The notes beneath the pieces were generated by a model. That model was not told where the DNA came from. It did not search any database and saw nothing but the letters and a program-made list of their open reading frames with translations. This document shows, piece after piece, positions 38,055-48,478 of a stretch of DNA of 64,000 nucleotides; position 1 is the first letter of the stretch; each line of letters starts with the position of its first letter. A program made the translations under genes and the position numbers. Source of the stretch: an uncultured Clostridia bacterium (lineage in GTDB: Bacteria; Bacillota; Clostridia; TANB77; CAG-508); the NCBI GenBank assembly GCA_944386775.1, contig CALXCJ010000003.1, forward strand, positions 1,381-65,380, written 5' to 3'.

Positions 38055-39189
38055 TAAAGAATATTTAGAAAGCATCTATAAGAAGGAATCTGAGATTGAA
38101 TATGATAAGATTTCAAAGAATGTGAAAAATAGTTTTTATACTACAAATTTCAAAAGGCTAGAAGTAAAAAATGTACTGCAAATAGCACTAACATTTATAA
38201 TTTCAATAGGTGTAACAATAGGAGTAGTATATGCTGGAATAGTTACTTATCAAAATATATGGCAAAAACCAAAAGAATATAAATTTGAAGATACTTATAC
38301 TGTAACTAAAGAAGATGAAGAAAAATCTATTTCAAAAGAAGAGGCAGAAAAAATTGCAAACCAAATAGTAAAAGATATTGGAAAAGAGCCTGGAAATATA
38401 ACTAAATGTGACCTTATAAAAACAAGTAATAAAACAACTTGGGAAATAGCGATGAGTAACAAAATAAGTTTATCTATAGATTCAAAAACAGGTAAACTAA
38501 AACAATTATCAGACTTTAGTATAGATGACACAAAAATTCCATCAACACTATCTAAAGAACAAGCAGAAGAAGTCGCAAAAGAAATATATACAAGTTTAGG
38601 TTATAAACAAGGAGAATATGAATTAGCAGAAATTAAGAAAAATGCTATAACAGATGAGGGAAGCCTTTGGCAAGTAGATTTCTGCAAAAAATATGGAGAT
38701 ATATATAACTATTATCAAGATATTAGAATAAGTTTTATACCAGAAATAAAACAAATAGTAATACTTACAATTTTTGACTATGATTATGAAGATAACCAAA
38801 TAGTTATAACGAGAAATGAAGCAATAGAGATTGCCAAAGAAAAGGCTATTAGTTTAGGAAGAAGTGAAAACGAAATAAAAACAATAGAAGCAAAACTTGA
38901 TATAAGATTGATGAACCCAAATGTATTTATGCAAGAACAAATGGCAATACCAAAAACAGAAGATGAAATAAATAATATTCAAGAGAATAATATAGAAAAT
39001 GAAAATACACAAAATTTAACACAAGATGTTACTATAGATAATAGCCGAGTAGTTTATGAAACAGAAGAAATAGTAAGAAAAGTGTGGGTAGTAGAAATAG
39101 ATTATACAAATACTATGTTTACTGACAAAGAAGCATATTTTGTGGATTGTACAACAGGGGAAATAATTGGAGGAGATCAAGTAAAATAA
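38044..39189 (+). CDS. Putative anti-sigma factor or membrane-anchored extracytoplasmic protein coupled to the ECF sigma
   Basis: Overlaps the sigma gene by 11 nt. It has a short cytoplasmic N-terminus, one TM (ALTFIISIGVTIGVVYAGIV) and repeated PepSY-like modules (SKEEAEKIANQIVKD, SKEQAEEVAKEIY, TRNEAIEIAKEKA). Confidence 0.5.
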   Translation: MMNNKEYLESIYKKESEIEYDKISKNVKNSFYTTNFKRLEVKNVLQIALTFIISIGVTIGVVYAGIVTYQNIWQKPKEYKFEDTYTVTKEDEEKSISKEEAEKIANQIVKDIGKEPGNITKCDLIKTSNKTTWEIAMSNKISLSIDSKTGKLKQLSDFSIDDTKIPSTLSKEQAEEVAKEIYTSLGYKQGEYELAEIKKNAITDEGSLWQVDFCKKYGDIYNYYQDIRISFIPEIKQIVILTIFDYDYEDNQIVITRNEAIEIAKEKAISLGRSENEIKTIEAKLDIRLMNPNVFMQEQMAIPKTEDEINNIQENNIENENTQNLTQDVTIDNSRVVYETEEIVRKVWVVEIDYTNTMFTDKEAYFVDCTTGEIIGGDQVK

Positions 39190-39223
39190 AGAAAGTCGAT
39201 TTTACTATACAATAAAAAATTTG

Positions 39224-39268
39224 GAAGTGATATTATAAATTTACTAAAATATCACTTCTAATTTTTTT
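39224..39268 (+). terminator. Intrinsic terminator
   Basis: gaagtgatatt (39224-39234) pairs with aatatcacttc (39248-39258), followed by ttttttt. Confidence 0.6.
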
Positions 39269-39380
39269 GAAAATTTGAAATTTAAGAGAAATTGAAACTT
39301 AAGAGAAATTGAAATTTAAGGAAAGTTAAAATTTGAGAAAAGTTGAAATTTAAGAAAAACTGAATTTTAAGAAAATTTTA
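39269..39380. repeat. Tandem array of about 6-7 degenerate 17-19-bp units
   Basis: The units are gaaaatttgaaatttaaga, gaaattgaaacttaaga, gaaattgaaatttaagga, aagttaaaatttgaga, aaagttgaaatttaaga and aaaactgaattttaaga. Confidence 0.7.
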
Positions 39381-39640
39381 ATAGTTAGTAAAAAAATTAT
39401 TAATATTTTAAATTTATAATAAAAATATGTTAATACTATACTAAGAAGGACTACAATTACGAAACTAGCATTCGTCATTACATAAATTTTACATAAATAA
39501 CATCCTAAGAGCTTTTCTACAATTTTTATAATACAAAAAATAAGATATTATCTAAAATTTAGAAAAAAAGAGACAAAAATAAAATATTATGGTATAATTA
39601 ATATGTTTGATAAGGAAAACATATTAAGGAAAGGAAAAAA

Positions 39641-40372
39641 ATGAGTAACAAAAATAAAATAAAAGCTTTTAAAATAATTATTGCAGTAATTGTAATAATT
39701 ATATTAATTGCAGTAACAGTTTATTTAGTACCACTAATAAAAAATCTTACAACTCAAGAAGGTCAATTAGAATTTAAACAAAGAGTAAATGACACTGGAT
39801 TTTTAGGAATGCTTACATTATTTGGACTGCAACTTGCACAAATATTCTTATTCATTCTGCCAGGAGAACCTATAGAAATTTTAGCTGGAATGTGCTATGG
39901 TGGCTTATGGGGAACAGTATTTTTACTTATATCATCTGCAATAATCTCAACTGGAATAATATTTTTAGTAAGGAAACTAGGCAAAAAATTCGTATATGAT
40001 TTTTGTGGTGAAGATAAGATAAAGAAAATAGAAAACAGCAAATTATTTAAGAATTCTCAAAAAATAGAATTAATAATGATAATATTATTTATAATTCCAG
40101 GAACACCAAAAGATTTATTTGTATATATAGCGGGCTTGCTCCCAATACGTCCAATTAGATTTGTGCTAATATCTACTTTTGCAAGAATTCCATCAATTAT
40201 ATCTTCAACACTAGCAGGTGCAAATTTGGCATCTGGTGATTGGAAAATGAGTTTGATAATATATGCTGTAACTTTTGTAATTGTTGGAATAATAGTATTT
40301 TGCATTAAAAAGTTTGACAAAAGCAATACCACAGGAGAAACTCTTTCAGCTATCCAAAAAGATATGAAATAA
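39641..40372 (+). CDS. TVP38/TMEM64 (DedA-related) family membrane protein
   Basis: 243 aa with LFILPGEPIEILAGMCYG and IPGTPKDLFVYIAGL motifs. Confidence 0.8.
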   Translation: MSNKNKIKAFKIIIAVIVIIILIAVTVYLVPLIKNLTTQEGQLEFKQRVNDTGFLGMLTLFGLQLAQIFLFILPGEPIEILAGMCYGGLWGTVFLLISSAIISTGIIFLVRKLGKKFVYDFCGEDKIKKIENSKLFKNSQKIELIMIILFIIPGTPKDLFVYIAGLLPIRPIRFVLISTFARIPSIISSTLAGANLASGDWKMSLIIYAVTFVIVGIIVFCIKKFDKSNTTGETLSAIQKDMK

Positions 40373-40426
40373 AATAAAAATATAAAAATACAAAAAATAT
40401 AAAATCATAAAATAAAGGGGAATAAT

Positions 40427-40975
40427 ATGAATGATTTACAATTAGGAAAAACTACAAAAGACAAAATAATAGATTATATAACATATTTTTTTATATATTC
40501 CTTTTTAGGATGGATTATAGAAACAATATATGCATTATTAATACATGGTCATTTTGTAAAAAGAGGATTTTTGTATGGACCAATATGCCCAATATATGGA
40601 TTTGGAGCAGCAATTTTAATAATGTGTACTCAAAAATTATATAAAAAACCATTTCAAAAGTTTTTAATTTCAACAATAGCTTTTACAGTTTTTGAATATT
40701 TAGTTTCTTGGATTTTAGAAGTAGTTTTTAACTTAAGATGGTGGGACTATTCAAACGATTTTCTAAATATTCAAGGAAGAGTAAGTTTATTGTACTCAAT
40801 TTTTTGGGGACTAATAGGTGTATTTTTGCTTGAAAAATTACATCCTTTTGTACAAAATTTAATACAGAAATTAAAGCTTAAGAGTAGGTATAATTTGCAA
40901 TTTATTTGTTGTATTATATTTATTGGTGCTATTATAGTTGATTTTGTAATGTCCTCAATTAGGTATTTAGTTTAG
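40427..40975 (+). CDS. Polytopic membrane protein of the putative ABC-transporter type IV (PF06541-like) family
   Basis: 182 aa with GWIIETIYALL, RGFLYGPICPIYGFGA and WWDYS motifs. Confidence 0.6.
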   Translation: MNDLQLGKTTKDKIIDYITYFFIYSFLGWIIETIYALLIHGHFVKRGFLYGPICPIYGFGAAILIMCTQKLYKKPFQKFLISTIAFTVFEYLVSWILEVVFNLRWWDYSNDFLNIQGRVSLLYSIFWGLIGVFLLEKLHPFVQNLIQKLKLKSRYNLQFICCIIFIGAIIVDFVMSSIRYLV

Positions 40976-41358
40976 ATGTTGCCCAAAATGGACAGAGCAA
41001 ATGGCAATTTTGAAAAAGTTTCTTCAAAAATTGCTATTGGTTCTGTCCATTTTTGCAACTTTTTTGCAACTCCCTTTGAGCACATTTAGGCAATTTTCTT
41101 TTTATAGACTATGATTATTATATTTAATAGCTAATATTTAATCTTCCGCAAATATTAATTGATTTAAAATTAAAAAATAATTAATAAATTATAAAAAATT
41201 AATTAATAAATAGATGTTATATTAAAATTACAATATCAAAAATTACAATATCAAGAATTACAATTTCTAATCTTACGAAATTGTAATGTAAATGTAAGAT
41301 AAAACGATATTATTTTTCAAGAAAATATATTATAATATTAAAATAAATGGGGGATAAT

Positions 41359-42009
41359 ATGGAGAAAAAAGAAGTAGTAAAAAATGTATTAATATATGCT
41401 ATGAAAATATTTTGGGTATTTATAATAGGAAGTGTGATAGGTTATATATTAGAAACTATAGTAGGTTTTGTGCAAAATGGACATTTTGTTTCTAGAAAAG
41501 GTTTGCTATATGGTCCATTTATACAAGTGTATGGAATAGGGCTGGTTTTATATTATTTTTTAGTACCTAAGATAAAAGGAGATTTTAAAGTATTTTTTTA
41601 TAGTATGTTATTAGGTGGTATAATTGAATACTTGTGTTCTTATTTTCAAGAAACATTATTTGGTACTGTTTCTTGGGACTACAGTAATTTATTATTTAAT
41701 ATTAATGGAAGGACAAGTTTATTGCATTGTTTATATTGGGGAATAGGAGGGATTTTGTTTATGAAATTTGTTTATCCACATATAAAACGTATAGAAGGGT
41801 ATTTGAAAAATTCATATTTTAGGCTTGCAACATATTTGTTAATAATATTTATGGCATTTAATATATCAATTTCGACGCTTGCAGCTTTTAGACAAGATGA
41901 GAGAAGAAATAATATTTCTCCATCAGGTGCTTTTGATAGCTTTTTGGATACATATTATTCAGATGAGGTTATGGATAGAGTTTATGAAAATAAGAAGGAG
42001 ATTGTGTGA
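41359..42009 (+). CDS. Paralogue of 40427-40975 (PF06541-like membrane protein)
   Basis: GYILETIVGF, KGLLYGPFIQVYGIG and SWDYS motifs. The ATG at 41359 follows gggggat. Confidence 0.6.
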   Translation: MEKKEVVKNVLIYAMKIFWVFIIGSVIGYILETIVGFVQNGHFVSRKGLLYGPFIQVYGIGLVLYYFLVPKIKGDFKVFFYSMLLGGIIEYLCSYFQETLFGTVSWDYSNLLFNINGRTSLLHCLYWGIGGILFMKFVYPHIKRIEGYLKNSYFRLATYLLIIFMAFNISISTLAAFRQDERRNNISPSGAFDSFLDTYYSDEVMDRVYENKKEIV

Positions 42010-42105
42010 GTGAAGGATAAAAATAAGTGGTGGAAGAGATAAAGGTTTGGAATATTGTGAGTTTTCTAATTCTTGTTTTATTTGTTTTTAGAAATTTTAA
42101 TGTAG

Positions 42106-42135
42106 ACGATCCAGTTCTAATAAGAATTGGATCGT
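42106..42135. terminator. Bidirectional hairpin between convergent genes
   Basis: acgatccagttc pairs with gaattggatcgt, with one mismatch. Confidence 0.5.
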
Positions 42136-42298
42136 TGGTTTGGTATTCTAATTTTTATTTTTAATTTCATTTGTTATTTTGTTTTTATTTTGATTCTAAT
42201 TTTTATTTTTATTTTTATTTCTATTATTATTATTTTAATTTTCATTATAATTTCTATTCTAATCTAAATTTAATTCTAATTTTTATTTTAAAATATTC

Positions 42299-42877
42299 CT
42301 ATAATAATATTGGACTTATTTGCACTCCTTCTAAAGCATATTCAATAGTTTTTACAATATATTCAGGGTCAAATACCGCAGATCTTGGTTTAGTTATAGG
42401 GTTATCTTGTTTGAAAGGAACGAAATAGTAATTCTTTCTATTTAGCAATTTGCCTATATTTTCAGCATTTCCGCTTAAAGCATTATTTGTTGATGTTGCA
42501 ATAACAAGAGGTTTATTATTTCTTAAATGAGATTTTGCAGCCATTGTGGCAGGTGTATCTATTATGTCATTTGCAAGTTTTGCAATTGTATTTCCAGTAC
42601 AAGGAGCAATAATAAGTATATCAGTTAATTTTTTAGGACCAATAGGTTCTGCATCTTGGATTGTATGGATTATTTTCTTTTCAGTTATATTTTCGATTTC
42701 TATTATAAAGTCTTTTGCCTTTCCAAATTTTGTATCTAAATTGTAAGCATTGTAAGACATTATGGGAATAATGTTTGCTTTTTTTTCTTTTAGTTCTTTG
42801 ATTTTAGGGATGACCTTGGAAAAAGTGCAAAAAGAACCTGTAAGAGCAAAACCAATTTTTACATTTTCTAAATTCAT
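42299..42877 (-). CDS. dpaB: Dipicolinate synthase subunit B (SpoVFB)
   Basis: MNLENVKIGFALTGSFCTF, IIAPCTGNTIAKLAN, TPATMAAK and FVPFKQDNP are colinear with B. subtilis SpoVFB as I recall it. The ATG at 42877 follows RBS aaggagg. Confidence 0.85.
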   Translation of the reverse strand: MNLENVKIGFALTGSFCTFSKVIPKIKELKEKKANIIPIMSYNAYNLDTKFGKAKDFIIEIENITEKKIIHTIQDAEPIGPKKLTDILIIAPCTGNTIAKLANDIIDTPATMAAKSHLRNNKPLVIATSTNNALSGNAENIGKLLNRKNYYFVPFKQDNPITKPRSAVFDPEYIVKTIEYALEGVQISPILL

Positions 42878-42998
42878 AATTTTTCCTCCTTTCAATTAAA
42901 GTTCTTATAATATAATATGAGTATATGTCGAATTTTGTAATTAAAATTTTGTTTTTTAGTGGAATATAGAAGTCTTAAAAACTTTTCAAAAATAACGC

Positions 42999-43042
42999 TT
43001 GACAAAAATAAAATAACATTATAAAATAGTTAGGTATCTAAC
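42999..43042 (+). promoter_or_regulatory. Promoter plus palindromic operator upstream of the marR-ABC operon
   Basis: TTGACA (42999-43004), a -10 TAAAAT near 43022-43027, and the palindrome GTTAGgtatCTAAC (43029-43042). Confidence 0.4.
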
Positions 43043-43086
43043 AAAAAAGCTTAAAATAATTACTGTCCATCAAAAGGAGGAGAATA

Positions 43087-43542
43087 TTGGAAAAACGTGA
43101 TGTAGGTAAAAAAATACAAATGCTATCAAGGCAAATAAAAAGAAGAATGGATACTGTACTTGCAGATTATAAAATTACAGGAAGACAAGTAGCTATTCTT
43201 TTATACATCTATGAGGAATCCAAAAAAAGAGATGTATATGCCAAAGATATAGAACTAGCTTTTGATATGAGAAGAGCATCAGTAACAGGAATTTTAAAAC
43301 TTATGGAAAAAAACAAAATAATAATAAGAGAAGGCTCTCTTGAAGATGCAAGATTAAAAAAACTAACATTAACAGATAGGGCAAAAGAAGCAAGGCAAAA
43401 ACTTAAGAAAGAAATTATTAGTGTGGAAGAAAATTTAATTAAAGATATTCCAAAAGAAAATTTAAAAATATTTTGTTTAGTTATGGACAAAATGTCAAAA
43501 AACTTAGCTGAAAAAGAAAAGAAAAAGGAGGAGATAAAGTGA
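43087..43542 (+). CDS. MarR family transcriptional regulator
   Basis: 151 aa with a winged HTH (ITGRQVAILLYIYE...DIELAFDMRRASVTGILKLMEKNKII). TTG start after aaggagg. Confidence 0.8.
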   Translation: MEKRDVGKKIQMLSRQIKRRMDTVLADYKITGRQVAILLYIYEESKKRDVYAKDIELAFDMRRASVTGILKLMEKNKIIIREGSLEDARLKKLTLTDRAKEARQKLKKEIISVEENLIKDIPKENLKIFCLVMDKMSKNLAEKEKKKEEIK

Positions 43543-45302
43543 TTAAAAAATTAGCAAAATTTATTAAAGAATACAAAAAATCCACTATAGCAACACCAAT
43601 ATTTGTTATATTAGAAGTTGTTATGGAAGTTATAATACCACTATTAATGGCAAAAATTATAGATGTAGGAATTCAAAATAGTGATATACATTATATATTA
43701 AAAATAGGAATATTACTAATAATTTCAGCAATAATGTCACTTACATTTGGAATGTTATCAGGAAAATTTGCAGCAAAAGCATCAGCAGGATATGCAAAAA
43801 ACCTAAGAAAAGAAATGTTCCATAAAGTGCAAGATTATTCTTTTGAAAATATTGACAAATTCTCAACATCAAGCTTAGTTACAAGAATGACAACAGATGT
43901 AACAAATGTGCAAATGGCATTTCAAATGATTATTCGTATATTAGTAAGAGGACCGATCATGATGATATTTGCACTTTTAATGGTACTTTCAATAAGTGCA
44001 AAACTTTCTTTGATATTCTTAGTTGCAATACCAATATTAGGTGTAATATTATATTTTATAGCAACAAAAGCACATCCAATATTCGAAAAAGTATTTAAAA
44101 AATATGACAAACTAAACAGAGTAGTACAAGAAAACTTAAATGCAATAAGAGTAGTAAAGGCATATGTAAGAGAAGATACAGAAGAAGAAAAATTTAAAGA
44201 AGTAAATGATGAAGTATACCAAAACTTTAAAAGAGCAGAAAAAATAGTAGCATTTAACAGTCCAGTAATGCAACTTACAATATATAGCTGTATACTTTTA
44301 ATATCTTGGATAGGAGCAAAATTAATTGTTGGTGGAGATATGCAAACAGGCCAACTTTCAAGTATTATAACATATGCATGGCAAATATTATCAAGCTTAA
44401 TGATGATATCAATGGTATTTGTAATGGTAATAATTTCACAATCATCAGCAGAAAGAATACTAGAAGTTATAGAAGAAGAGCCTACTATAAAAAATCCTGA
44501 AAATCCAGTAAAAGAAGTAAAAAATGGATCTATAGTATTTAAAGATGTAAGTTTTGGGTATAGTGATGAAAAAGATGAAAACAAATTCGCACTAGAACAT
44601 ATAAATTTAGAGATAAAGAGTGGAGAAACAATAGGAATTATAGGTGGAACAGGAAGCTCTAAATCAACACTTGTTCAATTAATACCAAGATTATATGATG
44701 TAACAAAAGGCGAAATATTAGTTGGCGGAGTAAATGTTAAAGATTATGACATACATAGTTTACGTGATTCTGTTGCAATGGTTTTACAAAAAAATGTATT
44801 ATTCTCTGGAACAATTGCAGAAAACTTACGTTGGGGAAAGAAAAATGCAGACCAAGAAGAATTAGAAGAAGTTTGCAAGTTAGCACAAGCTGATGGATTT
44901 ATCAGGGAATTCCCAGCAAAATATGATACTGTATTAGACCAAGGTGGAACAAATGTATCTGGAGGTCAAAAACAAAGAATATGTATTGCAAGAGCAATAC
45001 TAAAAAGACCAAAAATATTAATACTAGATGACTCAACAAGTGCAGTAGATACAAAAACAGATAGTTTAATTAGAAAAGCATTTAGAGAAAAAATACCAAA
45101 CACAACAAAAATAATAATTGCCCAAAGGGTATCATCAATAGAAGATGCAGATAAAATAATAGTATTAAATGAAGGAAAAATAGATGGAATAGGAACATCT
45201 GAAGAATTATTAAAAACAAATGAAATATATAAAGAAGTATATGAATCTCAAAAGAAAGGAGAAGATGATAAAAATGGAGAAGAAATCACACAAGAAGTCT
45301 AA
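43539..45302 (+). CDS. ABC exporter, fused permease/ATPase, subunit 1 of a heterodimeric multidrug-type pump
   Basis: 587 aa with 6 TM segments plus an NBD (GGTGSSKST, SGGQKQRICIARA, ILILDDSTSAVD). GTG start overlaps the marR stop. Confidence 0.85.
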   Translation: MIKKLAKFIKEYKKSTIATPIFVILEVVMEVIIPLLMAKIIDVGIQNSDIHYILKIGILLIISAIMSLTFGMLSGKFAAKASAGYAKNLRKEMFHKVQDYSFENIDKFSTSSLVTRMTTDVTNVQMAFQMIIRILVRGPIMMIFALLMVLSISAKLSLIFLVAIPILGVILYFIATKAHPIFEKVFKKYDKLNRVVQENLNAIRVVKAYVREDTEEEKFKEVNDEVYQNFKRAEKIVAFNSPVMQLTIYSCILLISWIGAKLIVGGDMQTGQLSSIITYAWQILSSLMMISMVFVMVIISQSSAERILEVIEEEPTIKNPENPVKEVKNGSIVFKDVSFGYSDEKDENKFALEHINLEIKSGETIGIIGGTGSSKSTLVQLIPRLYDVTKGEILVGGVNVKDYDIHSLRDSVAMVLQKNVLFSGTIAENLRWGKKNADQEELEEVCKLAQADGFIREFPAKYDTVLDQGGTNVSGGQKQRICIARAILKRPKILILDDSTSAVDTKTDSLIRKAFREKIPNTTKIIIAQRVSSIEDADKIIVLNEGKIDGIGTSEELLKTNEIYKEVYESQKKGEDDKNGEEITQEV

Positions 45303-47139
45303 ATTTGCAACAATTAAAAGATTACTTAGTTATGTAGGATCTTATAAACTTCAATTTTTAATAGTACTAGTTAGCATTATAATAAGCGCTTTAGTCGGAG
45401 TAGTTGGAATTGAATTTATTAAATATTTAATAGATGATTTTATTACTCCACTTTTATCTAGCCAAAACCCAGACTATACAGAATTACTTAATGTAATTAT
45501 AATGATGGGAGGAATATATCTTGTTGGAGTAATCGCAACATATGTATATAATAGACTTATGATTAACATATCACAAGGAATACTAAATAAAATACGTACA
45601 CAAATGTTTAATCATATGCAAAAATTACCAATTGGGTACTTTGACAGCCGTCCACACGGAGAAATAATGAGTACATACACAAATGATGTTGATACATTAA
45701 GGCAATGTTTAAGCCAAAGTATACCACAAGTATTTTCAGCAATTGTATCTATGGTAACAGTATTGATTTCTATGTTTTCAACAAATGTATATTTAACACT
45801 AGTTGTTGTCGCAATGGTAATTGTAATGATATTTATATCAAAATACCTTGGAGGAAACAGCTCAAGATTTTTCGTAAAACAACAAGAAGACATAGGAAAA
45901 GTAGATGGTTATATAGAAGAAATGATGGAAGGGCAAAAAGTAGTAAAAGTATTTAACTATGAAGAAGAATCAAAAAATAAATTTGATGATTTAAATGAAG
46001 CATTATGTGAAAGTAATGAAAAGGCAAATATGTATGCAAATATTTTAATGCCTTGTATAATGAATATAGGAAATATTGGTTATGTATTAGTTGCAGTAAT
46101 AGGAGGAATGTTATCTGTAAATGGAATCTTGAGCATAGGAAGTATAGCAGCATTTTTACAATTTGTAAAAGCATTTACAAACCCACTAGGTCAAGTATCA
46201 CAACAAATGAACTCAATAGTTATGGCACTTGCTGGAGCTGAAAGAATATTTGACTTAATAGACCAAGAAGAAGAAATCGACGAAGGATATGTAACACTTG
46301 TAAATGCAAAAATAGAAGATGGAAAAATTGTAGAATCAAAAGAAAGAACAGGAATCTGGGCTTGGAAGCATCCACATCAAGATGGAAGAATAACATACAC
46401 AAGGCTTCGTGGCCAAGTAGAATTTGAAAATGTTCAATTTGGATATGAAGAAAATAAAAGAATACTACATGACATAACTTTAACTGCAAAAGAAGGTCAA
46501 AAAGTAGCATTTGTTGGAGCAACAGGAGCTGGAAAAACAACAATTACAAACCTAATAAACAGATTTTATGATATACAAGAAGGAAAAATTCGTTATGACA
46601 GAATAAATATCAGAAAAATCAAAAAAGATGATTTAAGAAGATCACTTGGAATGGTTCTGCAAGATACAAGTTTATTTACAGGAACAATAAAAGACAACAT
46701 AAGGTATGGTAAATTAGATGCAACAGATGAAGAAATATATGAAGCTGCAAAACTATCAAACGCAGACAAATTTATAAAACATCTTCCACAAGGCTATGAT
46801 ACTGTTATTACAGGAAATGGAGAAGGTTTGTCACAAGGTCAAAGACAACTACTATCAATCGCAAGAGCAGCACTAAACAATCCACCAGTACTAATACTAG
46901 ATGAAGCAACATCAAGTATAGACACAAGAACAGAAAAAATAGTTCAAGAAGGAATGGATAAACTAATGAAAGGAAGAACTGTATTTGTAATAGCACATAG
47001 GCTATCAACAATCAGGAACTCTGACTTAATAATGGTATTAGATCATGGAAGAATAATAGAAAGAGGAACACATAATGAATTAATAGGCAAAAAGGGAACA
47101 TATTATGGTTTATATACTGGGGCAATAGAAATAGATTAG
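45274..47139 (+). CDS. ABC exporter, fused permease/ATPase, subunit 2
   Basis: GATGAGKTT, SQGQRQLLSIARA and LILDEATSSID motifs. The start is at 45274 or 45265; the track start at 45220 lies deep inside the upstream gene. Confidence 0.85.
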   Translation: MEKKSHKKSKFATIKRLLSYVGSYKLQFLIVLVSIIISALVGVVGIEFIKYLIDDFITPLLSSQNPDYTELLNVIIMMGGIYLVGVIATYVYNRLMINISQGILNKIRTQMFNHMQKLPIGYFDSRPHGEIMSTYTNDVDTLRQCLSQSIPQVFSAIVSMVTVLISMFSTNVYLTLVVVAMVIVMIFISKYLGGNSSRFFVKQQEDIGKVDGYIEEMMEGQKVVKVFNYEEESKNKFDDLNEALCESNEKANMYANILMPCIMNIGNIGYVLVAVIGGMLSVNGILSIGSIAAFLQFVKAFTNPLGQVSQQMNSIVMALAGAERIFDLIDQEEEIDEGYVTLVNAKIEDGKIVESKERTGIWAWKHPHQDGRITYTRLRGQVEFENVQFGYEENKRILHDITLTAKEGQKVAFVGATGAGKTTITNLINRFYDIQEGKIRYDRINIRKIKKDDLRRSLGMVLQDTSLFTGTIKDNIRYGKLDATDEEIYEAAKLSNADKFIKHLPQGYDTVITGNGEGLSQGQRQLLSIARAALNNPPVLILDEATSSIDTRTEKIVQEGMDKLMKGRTVFVIAHRLSTIRNSDLIMVLDHGRIIERGTHNELIGKKGTYYGLYTGAIEID

Positions 47140-47310
47140 AAATTTTATTTTGGCTATCTAAAAAAATATGTATATAATCTAAATTAATGATATTAAAATA
47201 GCTCTTTTTGAACACTTTTAAAAAGCCAAAAGGGATGGAGTAAAACGGCAATTTTTTAAATTTGACATTTTGCTAAGTTCCTTTTGGCATTTTTTGTTTC
47301 CTCACTTTTA

Positions 47311-47435
47311 GCATTTTTAGAGATTTTTTAAGATTTTTGAATATTTTTAATATTTTTGAATATTTTTTGAATATTTTTTGAATATTTTTAATATTTTTGA
47401 ATATTTTTTAAATATTTTTAAATGTTTTGAATATT
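47311..47435. repeat. About 12 tandem copies of a 10-11-bp unit (GAATATTTTT-like), giving phased T tracts
   Basis: agatttttta agatttttga atatttttaa tatttttgaa tattttttga atattttttg aatattttta atatttttga ... Confidence 0.7.
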
Positions 47436-47549
47436 ACAAAATAACTATTTTTTATTTATTTTCTTGTTTATTCATTCATTCATTCATTCTAATAAAGTTT
47501 AGTGAATATTTAACACCATGTAATAATATTTTTAAAAGAAGGTGATTAA

Positions 47550-48347
47550 ATGAAAATATTCATATGTTCTAAGAAAAAATTATTTATTATCGGCTTTATA
47601 ATAGTAATATCTACTATAATTTATATTCTTTGGTCATCCAATAAAACTCCAAAAACATCAACAATAGAAGTTTCTTATAATTGCAATACATCAAAAGAAT
47701 TTGAAAATAAAATTAGAAATCTTACAAATGGGAAAGAAAAAATCGCATATTTAACTTTTGATGACGGACCAAGTGTTTTAGTAACACCAAAGATTCTAGA
47801 TATACTAAAAGAAGAAAACATAAAAGCTACTTTTTTTGTAATAGGCAAATATGTAGAAAACCATCCAGAAATTGTAAAAAGAGCTTATGCAGAGGGGCAT
47901 TATATAGCAAATCATGGATATAGCCATAATAATAATGTTCTTTATAAAAGCAAAGAAAGTTTCATAAATGAAATAGAAAAAACAGATGAATCAATAGGAA
48001 AAGCAATTGGAATAGAAGATTATTGTTCGCATGTTTTTAGGTTTCCAAATGGTTATATGTCATCTCAAAATAAAGAAGAAAAAAAACAAGCAGTTAAACT
48101 ACTTTCACAAATTAATTATACATACATTGATTGGAATTGTTTAAATAATGATTCTATGAAAAAATATACAAATGAGCAATTACTAAATAATTTAAAAGAA
48201 TCTTCTAAAAATAAAGACACATTAGTTATTTTAATGCATGATACAAAAGATGTAAATGATAGCTCAAAAGTGTTAAAAGAATCAATTGACTATTTAAAAT
48301 CTAAAGGATATAAGTTTGAAAATTTTTATAACCTAAATCCTGAATAA
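47550..48347 (+). CDS. Polysaccharide deacetylase (NodB homology domain), membrane anchored
   Basis: 265 aa with an N-terminal TM, YLTFDDGPS, HGYSH and LMHD motifs. Confidence 0.8.
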   Translation: MKIFICSKKKLFIIGFIIVISTIIYILWSSNKTPKTSTIEVSYNCNTSKEFENKIRNLTNGKEKIAYLTFDDGPSVLVTPKILDILKEENIKATFFVIGKYVENHPEIVKRAYAEGHYIANHGYSHNNNVLYKSKESFINEIEKTDESIGKAIGIEDYCSHVFRFPNGYMSSQNKEEKKQAVKLLSQINYTYIDWNCLNNDSMKKYTNEQLLNNLKESSKNKDTLVILMHDTKDVNDSSKVLKESIDYLKSKGYKFENFYNLNPE

Positions 48348-48478
48348 GTTTAATATTTCTTAAATTTCCATAAGGTATATATCTATAGATGTGGACATAA
48401 TAAAAAAGGGTACCCGATATTGTGTGCATATTAAAGTCTATTTCAAAAAATAATAAAAATTTTGTAAAAAAAATTTAA

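Noticed and set aside
39269-39380. Possible CRISPR array
   Set aside because: The units are about 18 bp, degenerate and directly abutting, with no unique spacers. No cas genes are nearby. This is a simple tandem repeat.
42171-42428. 85-aa + strand ORF (MLFCFYFDSNFYFYFYF...)
   Set aside because: It runs through T-rich low-complexity spacer and then antisense into the dpaB 3-prime end. It is not a plausible protein.
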